Shown: positions 23,821 to 36,759 of the stretch, piece after piece
How positions within the stretch are numbered: position 1 is the stretch's first letter
Layout: every line of letters starts with the position of its first letter
Origin: Vermamoeba vermiformis
Taxonomy: Eukaryota
Reading direction: 5' to 3'
DNA: 64,000 nucleotides
Assembly (NCBI GenBank): GCA_045837725.1
Contig: JBEWZL010000278.1
Coordinates: 124,001 to 188,000 of the forward strand
Position numbers and translations under genes: made by a program
Notes under the pieces: generated by a model
Seen by the model: the letters and a program-made list of their open reading frames with translations, nothing else
Databases searched by the model: none
What the model was told of the DNA's origin: nothing

Positions 23821-26800
23821 ATGCAGCGCTATAAAAGAGAATCATTTGTACTCGCCTTAATTTTGGCTTGTCTATTGATCAATACTGTTAAATCCGCGAT
23901 TCCTGGCGGTAGGTATGGCGCTGCGTCTTGGTTCTACGATAATAAACTATGGATGTTTGGCGGAAAGGGATGGGACGAGACATCAACGTCGGGTAAGTGA
24001 ATCAGATTGGCGGGATCAATTGATTTATTATTTCTTTTAAATTTAACGATTATTTTAATATTTAGCCGGTCTGTTGAGTGATATGTGGAGTTACGATCCA
24101 AATACAGGTGCTTGGACGTTCGTTGCTGGCAATAAAGCCATAAATATGATGGGCCTTGCAGGAAGCCTGGGATCGTACAGCCCTAACAATAATCCTGGTG
24201 GTATCCTTGAGCAATGTTCATGGTTCGATGAACCAACAAAGCAGTTTTGGATATTTGGCGGCCAAGTCGCTATCACGCCTTCAGTCGGTAAGCCAAAAAA
24301 AACTTTAAATATATTTTATTTTATAAAATAACAATTATTGCAGCTTATACTAATCAGGTGTGGACGTTTGATCCGAATACTACTCAATGGGCTCAAATGT
24401 TCAGCGGGACATCCGTTGGCTCTTTCGGTCCAACTGTCTTTCAGCCAGGACCACGAGCGCTACACAAATGCGTATCAATGGGCCAATCAGATGCTTATAT
24501 AAGCGGTGGCTATGGACACGACACAACATTAAATCTTGGTAAGTTACAACTGCGAAAAAATATCACCGTAAATCTCTTTGACACGTGTCAACTTGAGTTT
24601 TTGCATAGTGAGCGATCCATATCTGCCGTTCAACCTCAAATCGAAGCTCTTTATTACACGTGTCATACTCCACGGGATTAACATCCGTATATTTCTTTTG
24701 ACACTTTGACACTTAAGGTTCAACCTTTTGTTTTTATTTTAAGCGGAAACTTGATTGAAATTTCACAATAACGAAGGTTCCTTAACCTAATATCAACGTT
24801 CGTCATTGTAACATTGCTCATTTCAGGTTACTTGAATGATTTGTGGTACTTCAACGCGAGTGGATGGACTTTCATATCAGGCAACGACACACGTGACTGT
24901 GCCAGCACTTTGAGCGCATTTGACGCGCCCTCAGCGAGCGAATATCCTGCTTGCGGTACACGCATTGCAGGCTGGGCCACAAGCCCTGCTGACCTTTACT
25001 TTGTCACGGGTTTAGCGTACAGTGGCTACCTCAACGACGTGTACCAATACACGGATGGACAGCCCAGTACTTGGACCTTGTTGCACCCTGGTGATTTGAC
25101 CAAACGTGTGGACTCTGCCTCGACGAGTAGCAATGGCAAGGCATGGCTGTTTGGAGGCACTGGCAAGACCTTCAATGACACTGTTGGTAAGAGTTAACGA
25201 CCTTTAATTAAGTCTCAGATATCGCGTTGAATGTGCTAATATCTGCTATCGAACGTTATGGTGGGCAGTTTAGCGTGGAAGATAATTGGTATTGTTACGC
25301 GTGTCACGTGTGGCTGAAATTTTGACAGGTAGCCTAGCGGATCTGCTCGAGTGGAATGGCACGGCTTGGAACTACTTGGCGGGCTCTCAAACGGCTAATA
25401 CTGCTGGGTCTTATCCCGCACAGCCTGGCACTGGAAACTCGTCCACTTACCCTGGTAGCAGATCCCAGGCAACTATATGGCTGGACGGTGCGGGTGATTT
25501 GTGGCTGTTTGGCGGCTTTGGCTATGGTTCATTGTCAACAACAGCTGGCTCTTTGAATGACCTGTGGAAGTACACGATGAACACAGGTGTTTGGACTTGG
25601 ATCGGTGGCAGCAACAACATCAATCAGAACGGCAATTACACTGCCATACCTATCAGTACCCCCGCAAATAATCCTCCTGTCAACACGCCTATCGAACCAC
25701 CAGTCACCGCGCCTGTCAATCCCCCGCAAGACTTGCCTCCAACTAGTTCTCCCGTGACACCTCCGACCGATGTTCCATCTTCAAATGAAGTCAATGTACC
25801 TACGTCAGTGCTGCCAAGAGATGCTCAGATTGCTATCGGCGTCGTAGTACCCGGCGTTGCCGTTGGAGCTGGACTGTTGGTGCTGCTTCTGTTGTTGAAG
25901 AAACGCAAGAAACAAAAGGCAAACAAGTCCTCTACAACGACTTTAGTGCCGCTCGGTGACTTCAAACCTGACCCTCGCTACGGAGCCGTTGACACCACGG
26001 CCAATGCTTACTCACACATGGAGGGTTTAGCCGTGGGCTCTTACGTAGACTTGCCTGCAAATGAGAACAACAGACTTATTCCTTATGCCTCCGTCACTTT
26101 GGAGAAAGAAATTGGCGAAGGCTCGTTTGGCAAAGGTACGTACTCGAGACCGTGAATAGACTGAGGTTAATAGAATTGATTTATTAGTGTTCTTGGGCAA
26201 ACTTCGAACGACCAAAGTAGCCATCAAAGTTGCAAATACAAAGCTTCCTCAAGACGAGTTCATTCAGTGAAGCCAACTTCCAACTCGCCATTCCTCCACA
26301 CCCGAACATTGTGCAGCTATTAGGTATCTCTATTGATGGTCCACAGCCCTTAGTCATTCTCGAGTACTGCAACGAAGGCAGTCTCGATAAAATTCTGTTC
26401 AAGACGGAAAAATTAAGATCGCCAGCGGAACAAATCGCTCTTGCAGAAGCTATTGCCACGAGGCATCGATCATTTGCATCAAAACAACATTGTGCACAGA
26501 GATCTTGCCGTCAGAAATATTTTGCTGCATCACGGTGAACCGAAAATATCCGATTTTGGCATGTCACGAAAACTCAAAGAAGTGTCACAAGTTGGAAAAA
26601 CAGCGACTACTATTGGTCCATTGAGATGGATGGCGCCTGAAGCACTCGGAAAACAGTTGTACAGTACCAAGTCAGATGTGTGGTCGTTTGGCATGATCTT
26701 GTTCGAGATTGTTGCCCATGAAGAGCCACACGAACACGAAGACTTAATTAGCGTTGCTATTGGCATTCGAGATGAAGGATTTGCGCCTGCTATTCCTGAC

Positions 26801-26986
26801 AACTGTCCTCAAGTGCTTCGTCAAGTGATGCAGATGTGTTGGAAAATGGATCCGAACGAGCGACCTGTAAGAAAGATATTATAACCAAAATAGTAATAAT
26901 TACACAACATACTAATGCTAATTCATATTCTATAGGATATGGGCACTATTTGTAATATGCTAGAAAGCAGTACAAAAACTGAGTAA
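23821..26986 (+). CDS. Kelch-ectodomain receptor tyrosine-kinase-type protein (tandem paralog 2)
   Basis: Same exon structure and motifs as 20754-23601. TM IAIGVVVPGVAVGAGLLVLLLLL-KKRK; HRDLAVRN, PLRWMAPE. Apparent frameshifts near 26240-26270 and 26458. Confidence 0.88.
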
Positions 26987-27228
26987 AAATAGCGAGACGA
27001 TTTGTACAATAAATTATAATAACAAAGATTACAATAATATGTAAAAAGAGGCCTAATGGTGGCTTTAAGTGCTTGAAATAGAACCAAATCTCTCTTTTTC
27101 GGAAACGGTTTATTTTTCCGATTAAGGATACCTCGAGTAAATTTTAACTAGGCAAATTATTTTTAGTTCCGCGGCTAAAGAAGACCACAAGACTACTATA
27201 TACTTGGTTTTAAGGCCTCTTAAAGATC

Positions 27229-29046
27229 ATGGAGCACAGACGTTCGAAAAGCAGTGGAAGACTGATCTGCTTACTACTGCTGCTTCTGGCCTCTCTTTCA
27301 TCAGCAAACATTGTTTTAAGGACTATAAATAATACTGAAGTTACTTTAAATGCTGTTGAAATTCATTTTGCACGTAAGTATTTTTCGTCGAGGACCTTGA
27401 TCTGTTCCAAATTTAGACTCACGTATTGCGTGCCTAGCAAACGCGGACAAAACAAACTGTGAACACCTCCATACTCGCAGAAGTAACTATGGATATAAAT
27501 AACACGTCTGGCAAAGTTTTTGCGTTCCGGTCAACTTTGGCAGCGGATGTGGCTATTTTGGACGCGCAGAACAAAGGAGCTATTGGCTTCTTATACTTGT
27601 CACCAACCTATTGTACGTTTATATAATTTAATATTCATTTTTTCAGTGCTTAATAATTCCTTCGCGTCAGATGTCGGTGGTTACCTTAAATGGCGTTGGA
27701 TCAATAAAGAGCAAATAGCGTCAATTAATATTCCTGTATTTGAAACTGGCGTTCAAGATACAAAGAACTTCGTAGCGCTCTATGAAGCAGACCAGATCCA
27801 AAGCATCGAACTTGTTCCGAGTGGTACGATCTAGATCTTGTTATATCCCTTTCTTATCGGAAAATAACCTGTTTAATAGACGAACCTAATCCATGGGACC
27901 GTGTATTCTATAATCCTGGGTACTACATAATGACCGGTAAGAAGGCAGATCCAAAAATTTTGCGTTGCTCACCACGTACTTTGACCAGTGGTTCTGGCCC
28001 TATTTGCAGGCACAAATGCAAGTCTTGCTGTATGGAAGCTATGTCTCTTCGTTAAGTTCTACGGAGGATGTCAGGCATCAATCGCTATCTTCGTGTTAAC
28101 GATGGAACTCATCTCCAATATACGTGCGTACCTCAATTTTTTTCACAACCACGGCAAACACTAACTAACCTTTCATATTCAATAGTGCGCCTAATATTAA
28201 TGGTAGACCCATTGAGTGCGCATTCAATATATCCAGAGCCCGTCTCCGTTGCGTTCCTCCGTCTGTCATTTCCGTTCAGCATTTCCTCGCTGATCCTGAT
28301 CATCTTGTACTGGCACGAACTCATGGCTAATTACTCAGTGGTCGTGCACCCATTTGTAATCAAGATGCGCATCCCGTTCTTCGCGATCTCTGGCCTGCTA
28401 GTGGTCCTTCAAGGCCTGCAGATTGGCTTGCGATTCATCAACATTGAGTACTTCAACTTGATCTTGGGTACGTTCTTTCGAGCACTCTTAAAAGAACTAA
28501 CGACCGTCTAACTTGCCTCGTCTAGCTATCGCTTGTGTTGCCGTAGCAACGGGAATCGTTATCTTTCATACCATCACTGGTGTCAAACTTTTGAGACGAA
28601 TTGCGGATAGCAAACGTCGAATGAAGCTACAAAGGGTAAGCAAAGGTTTATCATATTAAAACGCCGTTGTGACTTACTATGATCTTAGAGCACAACGAAG
28701 ATTCTATTGAGCGCAGGCTTCCTTATCGTTTTCATCGTTTGTGCGATTTTGTTTGCCGTTGGTTTTGGTTACTATCCGTTCAGTAAGTTCAACAAAGTAG
28801 CGCAACGTTGAGCAAGACTTTTAGCTAATTTTATCTCCAGACTTTGTAGCTGTATGGTACACGCTCTTCGCGGCCATGAATGGAGCCTCCATGACCAACA
28901 TCTTGGCATTCGAGTTGCCTCGCGGATCTTCTTCTACGGGCTCATCGGGCACCTCCAAGACAGCCACAGAAAAGAATTCTCAGAAATCTGGAACTGTCGT
29001 TACTTTTAGCGACGCTACCGATGAACGTCCAATGCCTGACGTTTAA
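27229..29046 (+). CDS. Signal peptide + PA-like extracellular domain + seven-TM protein (GPCR-like/TOM1-GPR137-like)
   Basis: Signal LICLLLLLLASLSSA. PA-like AQNKGAIGFL..INIPVFE. NPW is followed by seven hydrophobic segments including SLILIILYWHE, then a Ser/Thr-rich tail. Confidence 0.65.
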
Positions 29047-29092
29047 TTGTAAATAAATACTGTAATATAAAAATACCTTGTATTGACTTACT

Positions 29093-30828
29093 TTAATCGA
29101 CTCTAGAGCTTACGTACGACAAAAAGTGTTCTAAATAAGGCAATTTCTCTTTGACTTCTTGAACGAAAGATTTGGACCAATCAACTGGCGGCGAGAAATA
29201 GAACTGTTGTAACCTTGTTAGGGCCGTTATAGTGTACCCCTTGCATTGGTGCATTAAATTGTTCAATAATGTCAAATGTTGTAGTGCTGTAAAATTAAAC
29301 AATTTCGTGCCATCTTTCAAGTTGTACAGGGTCAATTCGCGCAATGATGTGAGCGTGCTAACGCATCGCCAGAAGTAGTTCGTGTTATCTACACTAATAG
29401 ATAGCGAGGTCACTGAAGGCAAGTTGAAATTAGCCACATGATTGCCTTGGGAACTAAAGTGCAGCTCTTGCAATCGGGTCATGTTCGCGGAATAAAATTT
29501 TGTTGGAGATTTCCAAGAAAGTGAAGTCAACTTTGTTAATGCATAAATACTCGATACTTGGACATCCTCTGTTATTTTGGCAAGCTGATGGAGCTTCTGA
29601 AGGTTTGTGAGTTTTGAGAGATCTCTGAATCCGGTGACCTTCGTGAAGGAGTTCAATATCAATGCCGTTAGTCGCGTAAGTGACATTATAGGCTCCATAT
29701 CGACAACATCGTCATAATACTCGTATTTAATTGATAAGTACTCGAGACTGTGTAGTTGCGCCAAGGACCAAACTTGAGTCGGGTACAAACACTTGATTGA
29801 TAACTCCTTTAATCCTATCAATGGACTAAGATGTTGATTTGCACCAACTTGTAAAGTGACATTAATATATAGCTTTTCTAGCGCTGTTAATCTCGATGCA
29901 TCATCGACTTGATTTACGCATAGACTTTTCAAAGTGGCTGGATTTCTTAATGTTCTTATTTTGAAATGAGACAGGACTGTCAAACTTGTAACATTTGATG
30001 GTATATCAATTACGCCATTATACTGCACTTCTAAGCTTTCTAAGTTGGTGTACTTTGCCAAACTGACAGGCGGACCAGATGAGGCATAACTCTTCAATGC
30101 TTTAAGGGATGGATAGTGTTCTAAGGCATTCGTTATATTGCAATCTGCCTCTAGTTTCGTTAAATTTGTATTAATTGAAAGAGGAACGAAAGGATCTCCG
30201 CGAGTTTGTAACAACACTAGTTGTGGCATCAGTGTTAAATAAATGCTTTGTAGATTGTCTGTTACTAACTTCGTGACATTAGGGATGTGCTTTATATCGT
30301 TGATATCTAATTGGGCTATTGTTAATTGCTGCAAGTTCGTCGCTGGATTCGGAAAAAATGTTTTGAGCGGTGCCACCACAGCTTTCGAGGGTTGTGTTGT
30401 ATGGAGTGGATATAACTCTAATGAGGTGATATTTGTTAAGATAAATATTGTCTTGAGGTCGTCTGGCACTAGTTTGTAGGTTTTGTCGAATCTAAGTCCG
30501 ATCAGCTCTGGATGTCGGCTGAATCGTGTTACAACAGCATTGAGTTCGTTGGATAATATGCACCCTATTCTAAAATATGTCTTATTGACCACTTCACACC
30601 AAACAGAGTTGACCAAACGTAGATTTGTTTTTTGATCTTCCGACAAAAATGACAGGATCAATTCTACGATCTCCGGAGGAATATAGAATTCTGTTATCTA
30701 AATTTTTGTTATTTTTTTACGATTTATTTTATTAAATTTCGTATACCAACCTCGCTACTGCTGGTTGCCTGATCCAATCTGGGCTTCTTTGCCGGGTGCG
30801 TCTTTAAGTAACCCCCGCTTCTCTTCAT
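29093..30828 (-). CDS. F-box + leucine-rich repeat protein
   Basis: IPPEIVELILSFL..NLRLVNSVWCEVV. Repeats LTNLQKL, LTALEKL, LTSLRELTL. Confidence 0.8.
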
Positions 30829-31120
30829 CGTGCATTATGAAATAAATACTTGAGGTACTTGCTTCAAAAATCAAATTAATTTAGCGCAAAATTGTTCTGC
30901 AACGTTTACTAGTATTGGCTAGGCTGCTAGAATAGGCAATGCTATGCAACACCCTTTTTCTGGCTTGCGTACAGCTTTAGAGCGCCCTAATTTCTCCCAA
31001 AACAGAAAAAAAACCGATGGAAATCCAGCAAACTGTTCGACTTTGGCGGATCCAAATCCGTGAAGCTTAGCAGTCATTAGAGACTATCTTATACAGTCAA
31101 TTTCACTTTATATATTTTAT

Positions 31121-32377
31121 TCAATGTTTAGGCAATTGAATACACTTCAAATGACTGATATATAGACCGCTTTTCCAATCGCCCGAGTGGCTCCAGATCT
31201 GACCTTGCAATTCGATTGTCTCAAGTCCATGGTCCTTTATATGTGCAACATCTACTGTGCCCAAGTCTAAGTACACCCATTCGCCATTTTCACATGCCGT
31301 CCTGATCCTCTTTGCCCCAAACAAAGCCTGTCAGTTTCTGCCATTTCGGCTCATCGTCGGCAACTACACCACGCTCAGTAAGCATTCATTAATGTAAGAA
31401 TTACTGAACTTACTGCTCTTGATACCGGCGTTAATATCTATGTTCAATGGCCCCAAAGAGTGCCTTACTAACTTCAAGCAAACGAGCAACTTTGCAGTGC
31501 ACGGGTAGCTGACTGTAGCGTACGTGCGAACATCGAGCCAACAAACAGAACTCAACTTTGCATAATTATGAGGCAATAGAACATTTTTGCAAGGGAAGAT
31601 GTTGCTAGGCATGTCATCTTTCAGATCTTTGTCGCTTGTTCGGATCTCACCTTCGTTGGTTTCCGTTCGCCAATATTGCTCGTTTAGCCAAGTAATTCCC
31701 ATCGTCTTCATGTCGTACGTCTTAACCGCTAGACTTGATTTAGCCAACTGCAACGAATAAGGGTAAGGTTGGGGCTTACCTAATTTCTTAAATTCTTGCA
31801 TAAAGCTGATCTGCGGATCGTGCTTATCGCTTGCCACAAAATCAGGGAAATAATGCATCGTTGCTTTATACCAAAACGTTTTTGAAGTGTTAATCGCGTT
31901 CCAAGACTTGCAAACCTGAGGATTGAAATTCGTGAGCCACGGATTCCAAAAACAATTTGGAAATAATTATTTAATACTCACCTGCGAAACTACCTTCCAT
32001 GTTGACGAGGCATTTCGGCTGGCGGGCATGTCCATCAGTCTAACAAAAATTTCTTCGAGTACATCCGTTGGAAATTGTTCAAATACATCAATAGCTTCCT
32101 TGGTTAATGGCATAATCTTCTTCTTTGGTTCTGGAGTTGCCTAAATATTTTTTATTAAATTGTATTTTTAAATTCAATTTCGTAACTTGAAGACCGAGCA
32201 ACCAAAATGGATCAATCAATATAGATAAATATGAAAATTGCGATGTTTAAATACCTTTGGAGAAACAACTACGGCTGCATCTGCTGACCACTTCGAACCC
32301 ATTTCCTTTCCTTTCGAGCTCTTCGACTTGTTTCGCTTTTTCTCTTTATTTTTGTTTTTCTTTGACTTGCGCTCCAT
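31121..32377 (-). CDS. F-box + PP2/Nictaba-like lectin domain protein
   Basis: FEQFPTDVLEEIF..SQVCKSWNAI..FW. PP2 motifs MGITWLNEQYW, AKLSSVCWLDV, GEWVYLDLG, SGDWKSGLYI. Frame break near 31300. Confidence 0.8.
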
Positions 32378-32779
32378 AGTAATAGCTAGTACAATGCCAC
32401 GCAACTCATTTTGCGGAAATTCATTGACAACAATTCGTCAGGTCTTGAGAACACGTGCCCAAGGATCCTTTTGTGTGGTGCACTGTTTTCACGAAGCAAA
32501 ATGTCAATCATAGAAAGCAAAAATATGCTAATCAACGGCAAGTATCATCGGGATCCTAAAAATGTTGGACTTTTCATCAAATTTCAAACCTGGGTCTAAA
32601 ATACGAGGCCTTTTGCAAATCAAGCTAGGTTCGTAAGGCAACCGTCTCTACTTTGCTAGGAACAAGGCCTCATTTCCGCTTGAGGTGCTAAAAATGCTGC
32701 CGAAATTAAATTTATCAGACCGTTACAAAAAGCGGCACAACAAGAAGGACCTCTATTATTTCAACATATCAAAATCATT

Positions 32780-34138
32780 ATGGAATTAATGCCCGACGAA
32801 GTATTAGCGTCAATATTCAAGTACTTTGAAGTCAGCGGTACGATCCAGCAACCCATAATTACAAAACTAATTTAAATATTATTTTTGGGATTTTTATCGT
32901 GGGATACAATTGAATATGTAACTTTACTACGTTAAAAACTAATTTTGTTAATTTTTTTAAAGACCTGGGTCGGATTGCGGTCGCTAGCAAAAGCTGGAAA
33001 AGCCTTACCGAGAATCCTGTGCTGCGATTTGATATAAAAACCATAGCGTTACAAAACATAACCATTGAAAATGTATCCAAAATCACGAGAGGCATCAAAA
33101 AATGCGAGAAGTAAGATCCAATTCAATTTCAATTCTTCGGTCGCTAACTTTCGTTCTTTTTAGGCTCCACCTCACTAACTGCAGTATTGGAAGTAATAAA
33201 TTAGCCAACGTTATTCAGGATATAAAATCCGACCTTCGCTCGATCAAGTTGGTCAACTGCCACTTGTCCGACACGCATACGAACAAGATCTTTCAAGCTG
33301 GTACGAGTTATTTAACATTACTATAAGACCTATACGTATTCTAACACGATTTCGGTTGTTAAGCTGGATCTTGCCCGCACCTAGAGAAACTGGTTATCTC
33401 TACTGAAGATCCGAAGCTCAACTTGTTCAACGAACTAGGTCTCAAGCCTCTACTACAGTGCGAGAAGCTGCACACTGTAACTATCGATGGCTTGGAGTGC
33501 TCCAAATTTGAAATAATCTCGCCGCTCGTGGACAAACTTTGGCGATACAGCTTCACGAACATCTACTCAGAATTGGATAGAAAAGTAGTCTATGTCCACG
33601 ATGATCACGTTAGAGGATTTTGCAGCAACAGAGAAGGATTCGTTAAGTTCTTCCCGCATCCAGGTCCGCATAACGAAAAGCATCCATTCGGGTACGCAGA
33701 TCTGTTAGCCAAGCAACTCTAGCTGACTCCTTATTTAGCGTAGTCGCTAATCAAGTTGTTTACTATCCTGTGAAATGGACTTTCAAAGCAGAAACATATC
33801 AAGTTATCAAACGAGAGAAGATGTACCTTGCGGATCGCGACGAAACGATACATGACGAGTTAGAAGACCTTAGCAATGATATGCAAAATAGAGCAAAGGA
33901 ACTATTTAAGACAAACGATACCGTCTATGTCATGTTGATACTATTTAAGGAAGATAGAATAAGCACAGGGTAAGTGCGATCGCGATTAACAACCACAAAA
34001 CAATTCGTGCTTTATTTCTCCGAATTTATTTAGTAATTCTAAGCATTAATTAATTAAATAATGCTCTTTAGGGAGACAGCTCACGACGTGCAACTTGAGT
34101 ACGACTTTAAAACTCGCCCACCTTTCTGGGAAGACTAA
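32780..34138 (+). CDS. F-box + LRR-like protein
   Basis: MELMPDEVLASIFKYF..DLGRIAVASKSWKSL, LRSIKLVNCHLSD, CPHLEKLVI, CEKLHTVTI. Last exon 34072-34138. Confidence 0.7.
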
Positions 34139-34355
34139 GATAGTTAGCCCTGCGTGTATAGCTGTATATCTTTGTATTAGTAAATATTATGATAGATTGC
34201 CTACTCGTAGCTGTACTGGATGTGCCAAAAATCTACGTGCCAGATTTTATTCGGCGACTTTTCGCACTTTTGGTGACCTGGCTGATTAGTGGTATTCATC
34301 GATTCGTCAATCTAAATACCAACCACAACCACAAAGGTATTGTTAGATCACAAAT

Positions 34356-36083
34356 ATGAATCCGATCCAGAAAAGAAGCCCGGGCGCAAATGCATCCAAG
34401 AAGCGCGCACGTCCTGAAGACGGTGATAATGTTGGTCAAAGCCCTGCAAAAATTCCACGAACTGAGCCTGCTACGACTACAGCACCAGTCTTTAATAACG
34501 ATCGACGAGCGTTCAAGAGATTTAAAGTAAGCCGTTTTATTAATTCAAAAATCGTTGCAATAATACCCAGCCTATTTTTGGGAATGTTTATACTACCTCT
34601 TGTTACTTATGACGGTCTAGACATTTGTTTCAGAAATTTTCTCTAAGATGAAAAAAAGGCTGCAATTTTTAATAGAATATTATTTGTGGATTTAAAGAGA
34701 CTTATTATTATAATATTTTATGATAGTGTTTTCCGAATTAATAACAACAAAGATATTTTTTCGACGATCGGCGGATCGCAAAACAAAAATCTTCAGAAGT
34801 GACGCAATTACCTTTTTATCCTAACCATATTGGTTATGGCCACTTAATACTTAGACAATACTAACGCAACTTAATTAGAAACACGCCAAGCTATTCGCGC
34901 GCAACGATCGGATTGGCAAAGGTTTTCTAGCGAGCTGTAAACAAGGCCGTGAACCCCAAACAGTATCAGAACTACTTCCTCTCTTGCATAAGGTACGCTA
35001 TTATCCATCAAGGGCACTAGCTCTGCCTCGAATTAAATAAGATCTATCGTTACGCCCGATGCTATTGCAAGTGAACTTATACTAATAACATCTTTATAGG
35101 CCATTAATATCCTCGACCCCAATGCTATTCCTGAGCCCGCAGCTGACAACAAAAAAGCAGATCCGGAAGAAAAGAAAAAGAAATTCTTCGAAGTGTACGA
35201 GACTAAGACAGCAGGCCTCGTTGCTATTAGATTTGTCCATGACAATATCTCTGCGATCCAATTACTAGAGACCCTTCTTACACTCGTCGAAGTGACACCT
35301 AAGAAGCATTGGGCAACTAAAAACGAAGACACATCCGCTAAGACCGAAGAAAAACCAGCCACTAATACAGGCGACAAATATCAGTTTAAGTAAGTCACAT
35401 GTCGCTATATTGTTGCGCCTATCATGAACTAACGAATTTAAATTTTAGGTTCTGCTGTCGTATTACTCCGATTGAAATGTTTTGTCCCGCGCAATTAGAT
35501 GCTATTTTAGAGCGCGTGAAACCTTTAATTGCTAAAGTTTTTACACAAAAGAAAGCTATTAACGTAAGTCTTATACACGCACCGTTATTGCCTGACCTTG
35601 AAACTAATTATGTCTATTCAGTACGCTATTGTGTTTAATGCACGTAACAACAATACATTGGACAAGTTGGTTTGCATCGATAAAGTTGGCGATCTGATCG
35701 GCAACACGTTTCATAAAGTTGACTTGACCAACCCTGAATACGTAGTGCTACTCGAGGTCTTTAAGGTAAGTATTGATATAGTCATTATAGTGCAATAGTA
35801 AGGCTAATGTGGCTCATAGGACGCGTGTGGCATGAGTATTGTTAAAAATTATTACTCGTCAAACCGATTTAGCGTGAACAACAAGACCGCGCACTTGCCA
35901 GCACAAAAGCCACAACAGAATAACAAGAAGAATAAGGGAAAGAAAGGCAATGGCAAGAAGAAGGCGACGGGAGGTCAGGGTGCCAAAAAAGGAAACAAGA
36001 ATGGCACTGAGGGAGAAAAAAAGACGCGTCGAAGAAGCGCTAGCACCGCATCCAAAAGTGCCAATGAAAAGGGTGGTAAATAA
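34356..36083 (+). CDS. THUMP-domain protein (THUMPD1/Tan1-like tRNA modification adaptor)
   Basis: GFLASCKQGREPQTVSE, KFCCRITPIE, YAIVFNARNNNTLDK..HKVDLTNPEYVVLLEVFKDACGMSIVKNYY..RFSV. Confidence 0.85.
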
Positions 36084-36297
36084 ACTGTGAAGTGTATTTC
36101 TAGTTTCATTATAACATAATACGTAGTATTATTTCCGTATTTACTATTTACATTTCGATAGTAGCTGCCTCCAAGGAGATTTTGGTCAGATCAGTCGTCT
36201 CATCTGATTCGAAGTCAATTAATAGCTCGTATTTTTCTTTTCTTGCCCGTTGACTGCGATTTTCTCTAGCTTTCCAATCAGCCTTGAAGAATTAAAG

Positions 36298-36543
36298 TTA
36301 ATCAATGATTTTACAAAGTTTGGAGTACTTACGAACAAATAGCAGGTCCAAGTAGAGCAAGCAGCTATAGAGGAATATTAAGAACCCCATTTCAGCCTCC
36401 GATATCTTTTCGATTGGTCTGATGCAGAAAAGGAACAGCATGAAGAAGAGGGATCCATAAAGAACTATGCTGACGGTCAAGTACAAAAATAGATCCGCCA
36501 GCTTTGCGAAACAAGCCGTCGATTTCGTATTGTTTGTTGTCAT
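36298..36543 (-). CDS. Possible small membrane protein; boundaries uncertain
   Basis: 81-aa ORF with two hydrophobic segments and a GTAAGT donor near 36332. Confidence 0.3.
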   Translation of the reverse strand: MTTNNTKSTACFAKLADLFLYLTVSIVLYGSLFFMLFLFCIRPIEKISEAEMGFLIFLYSCLLYLDLLFVRKYSKLCKIID

Positions 36544-36759
36544 TTGTTGCAGTGGTTGTAAGAAATGACGTATCTTTTACTGCATTACCTTTGAAGCGCT
36601 GTACCATCGAAACTCAACTAACCAAAGAAATTTCAAAATAACGAATCAAAAATTACATTGACGATAGTAAAACTACTTTAAATATGCCTAATAAGTTTAT
36701 TAGACGCGAAAGAAATGTATCTAGCACAATTTCAAACGAAGTTTCGGATCAGTCCGATC

